Part shown: one piece after another, positions 51,390 to 64,000 of the stretch
How the letters are laid out: every line of letters begins with the position of its first letter
Numbering within the stretch: position 1 is the first letter of the stretch
Source of the DNA: Camelus ferus
Taxonomy: Eukaryota
Assembly: GCF_009834535.1 (NCBI RefSeq)
Contig: NC_045696.1
Location: forward strand, 66,466,001 to 66,530,000
Direction of reading: 5' to 3'
Length of the DNA stretch: 64,000 bases
The notes under the pieces: generated by a model
Databases searched by the model: none
The model's input: only the letters and a program-made list of their open reading frames with translations
Told to the model about the DNA's origin: nothing
Translations under genes and position numbers: made by a program

Positions 51390-52149
51390 GAGGGAGATGC
51401 AGAAATAGAAGGAGAAAGATGGAGAGGAGATAGCAAAAATTAAGCAAAGGAAGGCAAGAGCGATCAATTAATGTCCAAGCAGGGCCCCACTCCTGAGTGG
51501 AGTTTGCAGGAGACAAACGTGGGTGTCGCACACTCTGATAGCCATGTCTCTGTAATAAAACCAATCACTAGGAAGCAGATGTTGGTCTGCGATGCCATAG
51601 GGCCCACGCTTGGCCGAGACATTTCTGCTTTGATAAAGCCTAGGGGAGCAGACCACTCAGCTTGCTCAGTAAAACAGAGAAAGCAGGAATGGCTTTGAGG
51701 GGGATTCCACATGCACAGCACTGCATATTTACTGAGTGTTAAGGGAAATGCCATTTTGCCATTTCAGGTTTCTTTGAACCCAGATGTAGCTGAACCTTTT
51801 TCTTTTGTTCCTTTTGCAATAGGGACACTGAAGCTTGACCCGTTAAATGGTTATGTCTGAGATCACACAGCAAGTAAATAATAGAATCAGAATTTGAATC
51901 TAGGTTTTTCTGATGACAAAACCTGAGTTCTCATTTACTTCTCACAGCCTTGGGTTTGAAAGAGACCTAGATTCAAAAAAGTCCTGCCTTTTCTTAGTGG
52001 TGTGACACTGGGAAAGTTCACGTATATGAACCTGAGTTTCTTATCTGGAAGATGAGGATAATCATACCTATATCACTGGGTTTTTGTGGGAAGTTACTTA
52101 AAAAAAAAAAGATCGTGGGCTCACCTAGGTCAGCATTGACCCAGAAGTA

Positions 52150-52365
52150 CAGTTGACCTTTGAACAACATGAGTTTGCACCCCAGGGGTTCATTTATACA
52201 TGGATTTTTTTCAGTAATGAGTGCTACAGCACTCCATGATCCCTGTTTATGGAACCCACATTTGCAGGACAGTGGATAAAGACAACCAACTGTAAATTTC
52301 ATGCTCATTTTTGACTGTGCAGAGGTCGGTTCCCCTAACCCCCCATGTTGTTCGAGGGTCAGCTG
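52150..52365. mobile_element. MER8/Tigger2-type Tc1-mariner MITE
   Basis: TIRs CAGTTGACCTTTGAACAACATG / CATGTTGTTCGAGGGTCAGCTG with a TA target duplication on both sides. Confidence 0.92.
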
Positions 52366-54529
52366 TACTTATCCCTTTCTTAATTGCTGCTGTGCAGAGA
52401 GCAAATTTGTAAGGAACTATGAAAGGCAAAAGAACAGTTAGGCAAATATATCGTGATAAACTGAGACGATAATTTCACGCACAGGAGGTAGGGAAACCTT
52501 GGGGACGTGCAAAACAAGAGCTTAACCTGCTCAGTTGGAGTGACTGACTTCAGGTTCAATTCTCTGTACATTGGCACGTAGACTTACCAGCCTCCTTTCA
52601 CCGTCAGACTAAAACAAAAATCATCTTCCTAATGAGAATTTGGGACTGTTTCTTTGCAATGTTGAGAAAAGTCCTTTTTCTCTCTTCCCCATTACATTCT
52701 CCAAACCAGTTGATTTCACAGTTTCCATGAGATCATGGCCTCTTTTTTGTATTTTTCAAAAAAATGGACTCTGTTCAAACACATGCCAAACCTTCGCTGT
52801 TTCCTATTAACAGATAAAATCTCTTCCCACAGACCAACACGTCTTGGGAATTTTAAACCCCTTTAAGCCTCTTCGCCACCCTGGTCTCGAGTACTCTTGG
52901 GAGATGGGCTAGGTTAGGGAATCAACAAACATCTCTTCATCACAGACACCAAAAACAAGATTGCTTCTTGTATGACAAGCAAATGAGAGAGTAGCTCAAA
53001 AATATGAGGGTTATGAGTCCAGGAATCAAGCAGTTTAGGCTTTGTCCCATTTTGTCACTAAAGTCTTGACTCCATTTGGACAAGGTGGAATTGGGCCAAA
53101 TGATTCATAAGAAATCTCCCTCTGCCAGCCTGAGATTCTACAGTACCTTGGTGGACTGGTGGAGTGAGCCAACGGTCTACCTTTGGAAAAGAAAAATGAT
53201 GAGATAATATAACGGAATACACAGTGGTAGAATGGAGATAAAAGGAGTTTAAAAGGTCCAAGGAAAGGAGGTACTTTCAGTGTATCTGATGCTAGCCCTA
53301 TTCTTTTGCACAGTCAATTAATTTAAAGTAAAACATACAGAAGGACACAGTAATATTTAACTTAATCATACTTTAAGTGGTACAAGATAAACCTGGGCAT
53401 GTTCAGGAAGGATAAAAAGATGCAAGACTCAGAACTAAGTTTCATGAAACAGGTGAAATATGAATGAGTAGACTAAACCAAAAAAAAAAAAAAAAAGAGG
53501 TTTTGAAAAGATCGCTATCTGAGACAATTATTCTTGATCTTTATGGCACCTGGGAATTGAACAAGTAGGACCGAGTAACAGAAGTCATGGGGAACAAGAT
53601 CTTGGCTCAAATATGGAAGACTTTCCTAATACTAGCAGCTGTTCAGTGTAAGTAGCTTAAGAAGGTGTTTGAACATGAGTCAGACAAATGCTTAAACAGG
53701 GAGATTGCATTTAAGTTTCAACCATTAAAGAGATTGTTGAAGTAGATAAGATTTTAACATGTTTTCCAATCCAGAGTTAATAAGACTCCATGATCTTATG
53801 AAATGAAAATTTGTCTTATACCCACAGATGGTGAATCATTAAACCTTTTTCATTGGAAACACCTTACACCTTTCTTTCTATCCTGCTTCTTAATTCCGGC
53901 TAATGTAATCTCAGACCAGGGTCACCAGCACAACCCCTATAAATAACTTACAGAAGGCACAAAAGGAAAGAGAACAAAACATTGCTACGGCCTTAAAACA
54001 CACATGGGAACACACACACACGCATGGAATATTTAGCAGTAACAATATCCATGTGTGTGAACTGCATTAGTCCTCTGATTTCTGGCTCAAGCATCTCTGA
54101 GATAACATCTGAAAAGGATTTAGTTGCGGTTACTTTGTATCAATGAGAGTTTTAAGTTAAATGGATAAAAACTGATCAGAACATCCATGCTTAATAAGAA
54201 TTAAGGGTGGGTTTGCCTCTCTTAGCGAGTGTATCATGATATACTCAGAAAACCCGCTTTCATTTACAGAGCCCAGGTGGTGCTATTCTAATTTGCTTCG
54301 TTTGTGTGTATCCAGAGGCCAAACTGAAAACCTGGCCATATTCCACACTGTAGTTCAGTTACCAGACCTTCTGCCAGTGTCAGTTCTGGCCAGTTTCCCA
54401 TCTGAGTTGCTAGTGGGTCTGCCTAGAGCATCATATTTAAGAATATTTAAAGGATATTAAATACTCCTAAAGAATATTTAAGGAATTCCTTTATCTAGCT
54501 CCCTCCCTCTGGATTTTTTTTTTTTTAAC

Positions 54530-54990
54530 TACTCTAATTGGGTGGGGAAGAAGTGCCTGCTACCCCTGGAGAGAAGGGGAGTGGACCCCCAGGCTCCTTG
54601 CCCTGGGAGCTGACCAAGGGCGAGGTGCAGCAAGGTTTCTTCCCCTGCTGTTTGGCTGCAGTTGTGTGGGTATTACCACAGAGGTTTCTGTTCTGTTGTG
54701 CCTAATTGTTCCATTCCTCTAACAAAGGAGAACATGCTTTTGGGGGGCCTTTGCTCCCATTGGCATGTTGGGGTTGCAGGTTTCTTGATTGTCCAATCTG
54801 GGATGTATGGGAGACACAAAGAGAACGGAGGAAATTCACCATTGTGTTCAATGGCCAGGTCCTTAGCCCATTCACCTCATCACACCACCTTCCAGAGTTT
54901 TCCTGTGTGTGTCTGTCAGGAATGTTTAGGTGTTCCTTAAGAGGAGGTCTAGGAGAAACGCGTTTACTCCATCTTGTTCAGAACCAGCAT
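54530..54990 (-). mobile_element. Ancient L1 (L1ME/L1M-type) 5' region remnant
   Basis: Ends ...aggagaaacgcgtttactccatcttgttcagaaccag, resembling the antisense 5' end of old L1M families. Confidence 0.5.
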
Positions 54991-55942
54991 GCAGACTCTT
55001 TAAGTGATCTTTAGATTATAATGATGATGATGAACACAGTTTGAGTAGACTTGATTTCAAACTCTGAGTAAGCTTTATTACCAATACTTCACTGCAGAAA
55101 GCTACAGAAAAGCCTTTCTGATCTCTAATAAAAATCTCCAGTCCAATCTCACCACTGCTAAATCAGACCTAAGTAGATCAGTTGGGCTGTGCTATGATGC
55201 ATGTCAAATTATTAAAAGTCTTTCCGACTTCTGCTTTAGAGGTATAAAAAATCCCAGCCCTTAAGCTGGGTTGCCACCTTCCTGCCCTTTCACTTATTTA
55301 TAGGTCCACAGAGGGAACCCCTCTGGAATACTGTGATTTAACCTTTCATAAACAAATAAGTATTTGATCATTCTGGTTCATTTCCCCTACAGGATATTTA
55401 ATAAAGGTTTACTTGCTATGTTATACATGGGAAACAAACTTATTACGATTTAAAGTAAGAAAAAAATGCCTTTTCTCCTTCTCACTGTCTCAGAATAAAT
55501 ATGACATTTCCATAATCAGTACCTCCTATGTTCTAGATTATTATGTGCCAGTCTTTGACCTGAACATTCACACATGGCTAGTATTATGTTTAATCATTTT
55601 GCACTTGGTAGGAACTTGATGCTTGTTTATTGAATTTGAACTATCAGTTCTCCTGGGACATGAATTTGTCCCTATCATAATTAAACATTTAAAAATGCCA
55701 TTCTGTGCACTTGGTCATAATTTTTAAAGAGAGCTCTTTCACGGCAGTGCCAGCTTGATAAGTCAATTAACGATTATTAACGTAAAGTTGGGTGGAAATG
55801 TCGGAAACAACGTTCGAGTAAGGAGTTAGGAACCTGTGGCTCTAATTATGGTGATGTGATGATCTATTTCCCCTTTCTTGGCTTTAGTTTCTTCATTTAT
55901 AAAATGAGGTGACTGGAATATATAATCTTGAAAGTCTCTACT

Positions 55943-55992
55943 AGATTTAATATATTTCAGTGTTTAATATTTCAGATTTAATATATTTCAGT
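55943..55992. repeat. ~16-bp AT-rich unit x3
   Basis: agatttaatatatttc / agtgtttaatatttc / agatttaatatatttc. Confidence 0.85.
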
Positions 55993-58900
55993 TCACAGTA
56001 TTTCTTCTGATAAAACAAAGTCACTAAATGTTAGGAAACTGTGTAATGGAATTGTTGGCTCCTCAACATGGGCTTAGTAAGTCCAACTGAGTATCTTACC
56101 CTTGCCATTAAAAATTTTGATATTAAGACATTAAAATGGTAAGCTTGGGCAATATAAAATACTGGATATATTGGAGAGGAAAGCCAAGTATGCAAGCTTT
56201 TTTGCAATCATAGACATAGTCTTCTGAAGCAGTATCAATGATCTGAAGAAATATTTCAATGTCATCACTCAATTCAAAAAAAAAATAACTCTCTTCTCTA
56301 AATTCAGTGTTAGAAAAATTGTTGTATTTACTACACAGTGCTGCAGGCTCCCTTTTGAAAACCTGTAAGCAGGTAATCAAGATTCAGTTTTATTCAACAT
56401 TTTCATCATTTCCTGTAATGACAAGGACAAGGACAATGTCAAGATCAGGATATAAAATGTTAATACCAACTGTTCTCTATAGATAAAGTAATTTACGTAT
56501 CGGCATTCAGATGAGACCTCTTATTTAAAATGCACTATTTTTCTTCTTCTTCTTTTTTTTTTTTTTTTTTGCTGCATAAAACCCAAAAAATCAGTGCTCT
56601 GTCACCCATTTTGATTTCAACACATCTTGTTCCAACACACCCATGTTTTGATTCACACAATATTGGGAATTAAACCAGAACCGCGAAGTCTTTTCCATGG
56701 TGCATGGGCTTTTAGTGATAAATAAACAAGTTATTCCTGACTCTTCCCTCGCATAGGTGCTAGTTGTCCAGATAGGATTCTCTGCTAACGTATTATCCAA
56801 TGATACAGCAAAATATAGTTATATCAAAACATATGATAGTAATTGTCCTTCCTCATTGTGTGTATTGAGTTATGTGACATCTTGCAGTCATTTGAAAATG
56901 GAGTTTTTCCAGAAGCTCATTCTTCCTAGTCATAATATGTGTTATTAATTTTAGACTTTTTTTTAGAAGCTTCTAAGTAGTAATATTGAGTGTAATTATT
57001 TTTGCTACAAGGAGTGTAACTTTACAAAGAATCTTTTTTTTTTTTACCAGTTATATTACTTCTAGTTCTAGTGTTTGTTACTGTTGTTATTTCTATTATT
57101 AGGCTTCAGTGAATCACTAAAGAACAATGTTTCCTTTTTTCATAAAATGGTGCTGTCTCAAAACATAGCAATGATAATACAATTGCAAATTTAATAATAA
57201 TACACCACATGTAAATGTTATAAAGTCAGCAAAATTAAATGCACCTTGATAGCTGAGTGGTAGCTGACTGGGCCATGCAGCAAAGAGCTTGTGTGACCTT
57301 AAGAATGTCATGATAATTAAGACCATGGTGGGATTTCTATGAAAATCATAATTAAACCTACATTTCTGATTAGTGAAAGAGACCTTAACAAAGTCACTTT
57401 TAAGCCTGAAACTATTGGTAGCCCATTTAATAAGCCACGGACAATGATACCTTTTAAGAAACATTTAAGAAGCACTGATCTAAAAAGTAAAAGACCTTCA
57501 GCAAGTTACGTGAAGTCTCTGTCTTTAAAACAGGGTTAAGTCATAGGGGGGTTGTGAGGATTTCATGGATGAATACCCGTCAGGCACCTGGCACAGCAGC
57601 CGCGCTTGCCTCGCAGCAGCAGCACTCAGTAAATAGTCATTGTTGCTGATGCTACATTGTCGCTGTTATTTTTCTCATGGGCTATCTGTCATCTATTATT
57701 CCACCTCACATCTTGCTTAGGTGACCTAAGAAGAATTGTGACTGTGATTTTCAGACCTCACCTCTTAATTTTCAATTGCGTAACATGAGATTAACTCTAT
57801 TCTAGTGTCATTTAAATCATAAATGGTACACGGTCTGATTACAAGACAATAGACTGATGCCACAAATCCCTGGAAAAGTGTTTAACTTCTTTAAAACTGT
57901 TGTTCCCTTTCTTTGAAGTGGGGGATACTGCTAATATTTACCCCATCTATGGGACAAGTAAACTGTAAGGATCATGGAAAGTATCTGAAAACGTTCGAGT
58001 GCTGTACAAATGTAATGTCAAAGCAAGTAACTTCTTATTCCTAAAGGAATATGTATGCTTTATAAAATTGTTTCACCTCATAAAATTACTTTTACTGTAT
58101 TAATAAAAACCTCTTTTATTTTTTCCCACCCTAAGGGTGGGGGCAGTGACAATATCCATACTGGCCATCAAGTTTAATAATATGACCTGAAAGTATTTTT
58201 CCAAATGCTTTTGAGCTTACATAAATCAAATGTGGGCAGTGCAGACATAAGAGGGCGTATGTGGAAGTTTCTTTTTGTCCTGGCCGTTTTTAAGATCTCT
58301 GACTTCCTTTAATCCGTTCCAGACCCATGCATGCTTTTACTCTGGGGGACAGGGAGTAGGGAGTGGAAGCTGTTGCTTAAAACAACACTTGAAGCAGCAA
58401 TTGTTTGATAAGGCCAATGGTTAGAATATTTGCAGCTTCTTGTTTTGAATTCCTATGATAACAGAAGCTCCCAAAGATGATCTGGCCATTTGTGGGAAAT
58501 TTAGGAGCAAGAAAATTTGGGCCTTCAAGGAAGACTTTCTAGATGTGACTCATGATGCAGAAAAGAGGTGAAGGAATGTGAACACACGAGGAGAATCTGA
58601 GTGGGCCCCGTAGTGTCGTAAGTGGGAGTCTCATTAATTTGCAAGTCACAACTGGCGTGATCATAGGGCTGCAGTTGTATCAGGGCTATGCCTTCTTAGG
58701 GTTTAATTTTTTTTTTCTTTTTATCAATAGCATGTTTGTTTTATGAGTCAGTCTCTTACTGAGTTCTTTACTGAATTCTCTGTGAGAAGCCAGCATCATT
58801 ATTTCTGATATTCAAATGCAGGGAAAGAATCAGTGTTGGAAAAATCAGAGCAATTCCTTCCTTTAAGTCATGCAGCACATCAGTGACAGGGTCAGGACAT

Positions 58901-59030
58901 GCATAATATATCCCAGCACTCAGCTTCCTGAACTGGGTTCTCTTTGTTTCTGAGTGGTGAAAATTACAGTGGGAATGAGGAAAATCGACTCTCACGTTTG
59001 CATCATGCTGGGAAATTCATCAAGTCCGTT

Positions 59031-59502
59031 TGTTACTGAAGGCAAATTCATGTGCTTGCCTCACCATGAGGCCAAACAGACCAAAATGTTGGAGTTTGGA
59101 GCCAAGAAAGGTTTATTGCAGGACCGAGCAAGGAGGATGGGGTGGTTCATGCCCAAGAAAACCCCAAACTCCCAGAAGGGTTTCAGCAAAGCATATTTAA
59201 AGGCCAGGTGAGGGAGGGGGTTGCGGGGTACACGATCAGCTCCTGCACAATCTCTGATTGGTTGATATTGAGGTAATGGAGGCCAACACTGTCAACTCCC
59301 AGGCGCCAGGAGGTCTGGGTGCTATGAGCTCTCTATCATCAAGTAGTTAATTTCTTCCCTTTGATGGTGGGTTTTAGCATCTGAAAGATTCAGGAAATAT
59401 ACTTGAGACACTATTACCTGGGTCCTTCAGAGAGGAGCTGCAGCAGAGGATATGGGGGAGAGGTCTGACCCTGGAAGGCCCCACAGGTCCTGCTGGGTTA
59501 CA
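59031..59502 (-). mobile_element. Solo ERV1 LTR (MER41-like laurasiatherian family), antisense to P3H2
   Basis: TG...CA termini (TGTTAC...GTTACA) and 4-bp TSD cgtt/tgtt. On the minus strand: CCAAT (59257-59261), TTTAAATA (59194-59201) and AATAAA (59112-59117) in correct U3-R order. Confidence 0.85.
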
Positions 59503-62500
59503 TGTTCATACCCCAGTCCTTACGTCCTCACGAGAGCCCTGCGGGGAGAGCTGAGGTTCCATGGTTTGTCCAGTCAGATCCTGAGGAAAACGGCAGAGCT
59601 GTGACAGTGTGGAGCTTTTCTGGTCCCAAGGCCAGTGTTCTTGCCAACATGTCACAGCTGCTCCCTGTTCAGATTTGAAGAGTGCTTTATAGCCACAAAG
59701 CTATAAATCCCAGTAAGTTTCCTTTTCAAGGCCCTCATGATGTCACTCTTCTGTGTCTTTGTCTTTTCTGATACACGGTATTTCCAAGCTAAAGCGATAT
59801 AATTCAGCCCTTTGTCACCCTTCTTTAATAGGTGGGAGCTTTTGACCCCGTTGGGTGGCTGGCTCACTGATCTGTGACAGCATGGGAGGGGCCGGGTGTG
59901 AGAATACGGTTTCCAGCCAACAGCTAGTACAGTGGCACAGCTGACCGTGGGATCACCCAAAAGCGGTTCCCATCTGAGGTGGAATCCACACTCCTTCACT
60001 TTCTTCCTTGAGCCATCAGGGTAATTCTCACAATTGTCCGTTTCACATCAGAGAGATGACAGTTGTATGAACCTTGACTATATTTGTCCAGTTCTTGGTG
60101 TATGTTTGCATTTAATTTGTAAACATTCTACATATGCTCAGTGTAAACATGGATATACAGTGCTGGCTTTCATTCTCTGATCAGCTACAGGACTATGTGA
60201 TTTTCAGAATCTGAGCTAGTACGTTGAAAGAGATAGTCTACCATTACACACATTTTTGTTGTTGTTTTGATTTTTGCCTTTCATGGTATATTTACATGTC
60301 TTTCCCTTGAGTGGTGTTAAGTTACAACTTGTTTTTGATATTGAGTTTCCCCTAAGTTGTCACATCTTCATGGACTTAGCCGTCTCTTGTCCATTCTCAC
60401 TATGTGGTCCAAGAGACATTTCAGCTTAAATCTCTGCTCTTAAACTTTTGGGTGGGGTTTGTTGTTCTTTCATATTGGGAATTATAAGCAAAATGGTGAA
60501 CACTGTATCATTCTGAGGAGTATTTCTTTATATTTTGTAGACTCTGAACGAGTTTGGATTTGAGACACGGGTCACTTCAAGTTCCTCTGTATGCATAGCT
60601 TTGTAACTTTGGGCAAGTTATTTAATGTCTCTAGAATTGATCAATCACTTTTATCATCTGGAAAAGGAACATGGTAATAAGTCTCAGTTTTCCTGTCTGT
60701 AAGATGAGCAACTCCTAGAAATATTATGGTGATTAAATAAGCTGATTCATGTAAAGGGCTTAGATATGCCTGGCAAGTCTTTAGCATGAAACATATGTTA
60801 ACTTTTCTGTTAAAACGAATGGATCACACTCTGGGAAATACTGACTCTATTCTTTTAACAAGTTTTCAGACTTGTGATATTGATTAGAGTTGGCGTGGCT
60901 ATGGCAGCATTGTCCTGATACAACCAAACAATTGTGGATGCTCAGTCAGGAAATCTGGATAATTGTCCTGGTCGTTCATTTCCTTTCTGCATGACTTTGG
61001 ACCAGTAATTTTACATCTTTAATCTAAGGTTTTCCTGATGGTGAAGAAAAGTGGTATATTTATAGTTGGTCTCCTTACTTTGTAGATTTATTGGACAGTT
61101 ATTTCTTTCTTGTGTCTTTAGAAGTACTTTGTATATTACAGAATACTACAGAGATGTGGCTTCATATTATCCCAGCTTTATCAATTCCTATTTTAGGTTG
61201 GGCAAAGCATCAAAGAACCCAGTACCCTCCTGTTGTTGGTATATTGTACTCAAGCATGACCAAATTGTTACATCAGGACCGTTGACCTTGAGTCAGCCTT
61301 TCCGAGGCCACCATTGTCCCCGTGCTTCTGGCTCTGGGCCTGGGTTCTGAGGAAATTGCAGGGAAAATGTGAATCAGTGGACTGTTTTACTTGACTGCTA
61401 AATTTGGTTCACTGTTTCATAAATTAGGACAGATCTGTCTAGAATTGTTCTTGTTGCCATCAACAACCGGGGTCATAGAACTGAAGGACACCAGATACAC
61501 AAAGGAAATGGAAAATAACTTCCCAAAGTAGTGCCTTCTGCAAGAAGCCCGAGGCTAGGATGGAAGTGCTGAAGAAAGCTCTGTAGGAGATGTAGCTCGA
61601 GGCTTGGATTTCCTGCTTGTAACTCAAAACGGATGTGGACGTCAGTGTGAGGATGTGGTCCACGATTTTGCTTTCCTGCGTGGGAGGAATAGCATCAGTA
61701 CTAGACTGCTGTTCAGTGTTTTCCGCAATGTATGTAGCCCCACAGGTGCAGCCAGTTGAGGTTAATCTGCCAAATCAGCACATTCGCAGTTCTTAAACAG
61801 AATGTCAGATTGTTAGCCATTGCTCTGTACTGATGTTTGTGAAATTCTTAGAATTACTCTAAATTATTTTGGTTTATGCACCATTTTTCTGCTTGGAAAC
61901 AGAGGTGATAATGGGGAAAGGATGTGACTTTTTCATCATGTGAAAGGAAACTCGCATAACTTCAGTGGAATCTTACAGTGAACAATATAAACTTACAGCA
62001 TTTAATCTTCAGTTTTCATGGAATGAGATTCACATGGTGCGTTTAGCTACACTTACAAAAAAGCCACCAAGCTTTCAATTCTTTCCAACGTATCTACTGC
62101 TAATCCTGGTGACAGTGATTTTAAACCAAAACAAAACAAAGGACATAAACACTCCTTGTTGTGCAGCCACTTGTTTTGATGCCCACATCCTGCCGCATTC
62201 TCACCAGTGCCTTCTACTGATCCAGCCCCTCCCCCGGTCCTGGATACCTTTCTTGACTTCAGCTTCTGGTTTGTAGTTTCATCACTGTCCTTGCTTTTGT
62301 CAACTACCAACCTCTGCAAATTCAACCATCTCCAGGCCATTGCTTTAACAGTTTTCCCTTTAATCTTCTCACATGTCTTGACTTGATTCTGCCCTTACTG
62401 GCTCTCTGGTACTTCAGGGCTTCTCTTGGTGGCCTTTCCTCCTCTCTTTATTTACCTCTTTGTCCAAACCAGCCCCAGGGACAGCATCTTTAACTATTCC

Positions 62501-64000
62501 CTTATTCGAGGGCTTATGGGCATTTGCAATGCAAGAAAGACTACAGTCTTTCTTCACTCTCTGTCTTGACACTGTCCAGTGCTCAACTCCTGTTCGCTGA
62601 ACACTGTAGACTAATGTCACACGGCCATGCCTTTGAGGTCTGCCACTTGCTGTCACTGTGTGCTCACAGCTAGGGGGTTTTAGTGTTGTTTAGCAGTTTT
62701 CTGCTTTTTTTGCTGAATATTTTTTCTCAGAGTTAATGTCCAGAATCATTTATAGTCCCCAAATCTGTAATCCTTCATTCTCTGCAGAACTTTATCTCCC
62801 ACATTACTAAGGCAAGTTTTGATAAGGGACAGAATTTAGGATGGTGTGTCGGGACAGAAGAAAGGGCACATGTTGAGACAGGAAGAAAGTGAGATTAATA
62901 GGCATTTGTATTGTTTTTGTAGATAGGAAGGTAAAGGTGAAAGAAGGAGCTAAGTCTTGACGCCAAGATCTGGAGCCTGGGGAACTGATGGATTGTGATT
63001 CTGTGAACAAAAACACAAGCTATAGGAGAGAAAGTAGGGTAGGGAGAGAGGGTGTGACTTTCCCTTGTCACTTCTGTTCCTCTTTGCCCTTTTAAAGTCT
63101 AGTTATTTGTACTTAATTAACTTAAATAAAATAGAATGATTTATTGCTTCAAATAAATGAGCTTCCAAAACAGAAGGGCACATACCAGAAAGACTAAAAA
63201 GCATTCAGATCCCGGCTTCCAGAAAGAATAATCCTCTTAATAAATCAAGTTTAAGCTCTGTAATGTTAGATAACCAGAACAGCATTCTGTCTTTGGAAAA
63301 ATGCCCGAAGTCCTTTGCCCTTCTTCTTATTTTTAAAAATAGCCATGTAAGTGAGATGCAGCTCTTGGTGGGAATATCTTCTTGATTTTTATGTCTTTCT
63401 TAAGCACCGGCAGTTTTGGTGAGTCAGCTCTCTCGTCAGAGGGTTCTGCTTTTTAGCAAGTCAAAGATTGACAGAGTTGGTGCCAAGTGACACATGGTAC
63501 AGGGATTACTGTAGTAGCAACTTGCCCTGAATATCTATGCGATCCTTGTAGTCTATTCCAGTGGACGCATTTCCTCTTTGATAGGAATATAGTCTGGCTG
63601 AGACCCACTGGGAAGCATGGCTGCAAGTCCTCAATGTCACATAAAACTCAGGTCAGCTTGTCTCTTCCTTTTCTACAATGTTTTCTTTAATGTTCCAGTC
63701 TCTTTGTGTCTCACCTTCCCCACTTCACAGAGAATGTCAAAACGCCAGTAACAGACACTGAATTTCCAACATCCTTTTGCTCTAATCACGTGAGGATGCT
63801 CTTTTCCTCTGCTGATCTGTGTCTTCTTTAAAAACTTCACTCAGCATCATTCTTTTCACAATTATCCAAGTCGCCTATTTGTCAGGGGTCTGGCTTCTGC
63901 CGTATTTCCTCTTAAACTTTTACATAAAAAAGTTATCTGACACAAGTATATACGATAGGGCCAAACACTTGTTGACAGATATTGAGGTGCACCTTTTTCT

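Larger units (their letters stand above)
42269..64000 (+). other. P3H2: P3H2 intron 1 (continues beyond window)
   Basis: Begins with GT after the last recognisable codon. No downstream ORF encodes the expected continuation of P3H2. Intron 1 is, from memory, very long in mammals. Confidence 0.85.

Overview
Mammalian genomic DNA, very probably a camelid (alpaca/llama/camel). The basis is four copies of a tRNA-derived SINE matching the camelid Vic-1 type and no Alu, B1, Bov-A/BovB, PRE-1 or CanSINE that I could recognise. The only protein-coding feature I can support is the first coding exon of P3H2 (LEPREL1, prolyl 3-hydroxylase 2) on the + strand (ATG 41795 to donor after 42268), inside a CpG-island promoter. 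About 41 kb upstream is repeat-rich intergenic DNA and about 22 kb downstream is the start of intron 1; exon 2 is not in the window. Most ORF-track entries are noise or L1 ORF2 remnants. I found no well-supported new biological system. The best leads are: a cryptic micro-exon or strong donor next to a (TG)31 tract in intron 1 (TDP-43-type layout); an apparent Arg-to-Cys change creating a CXXC motif in P3H2; a twin-primed 5'-inverted L1 nested in an MLT1 nested in an older L1; an L1 with a swapped 3' end inserted as one unit; two solo ERV LTRs retaining promoter motifs; and an unexplained ~95-bp diverged duplication. Repeat family names come from recalled consensus sequences, not a database search, and their boundaries are approximate.
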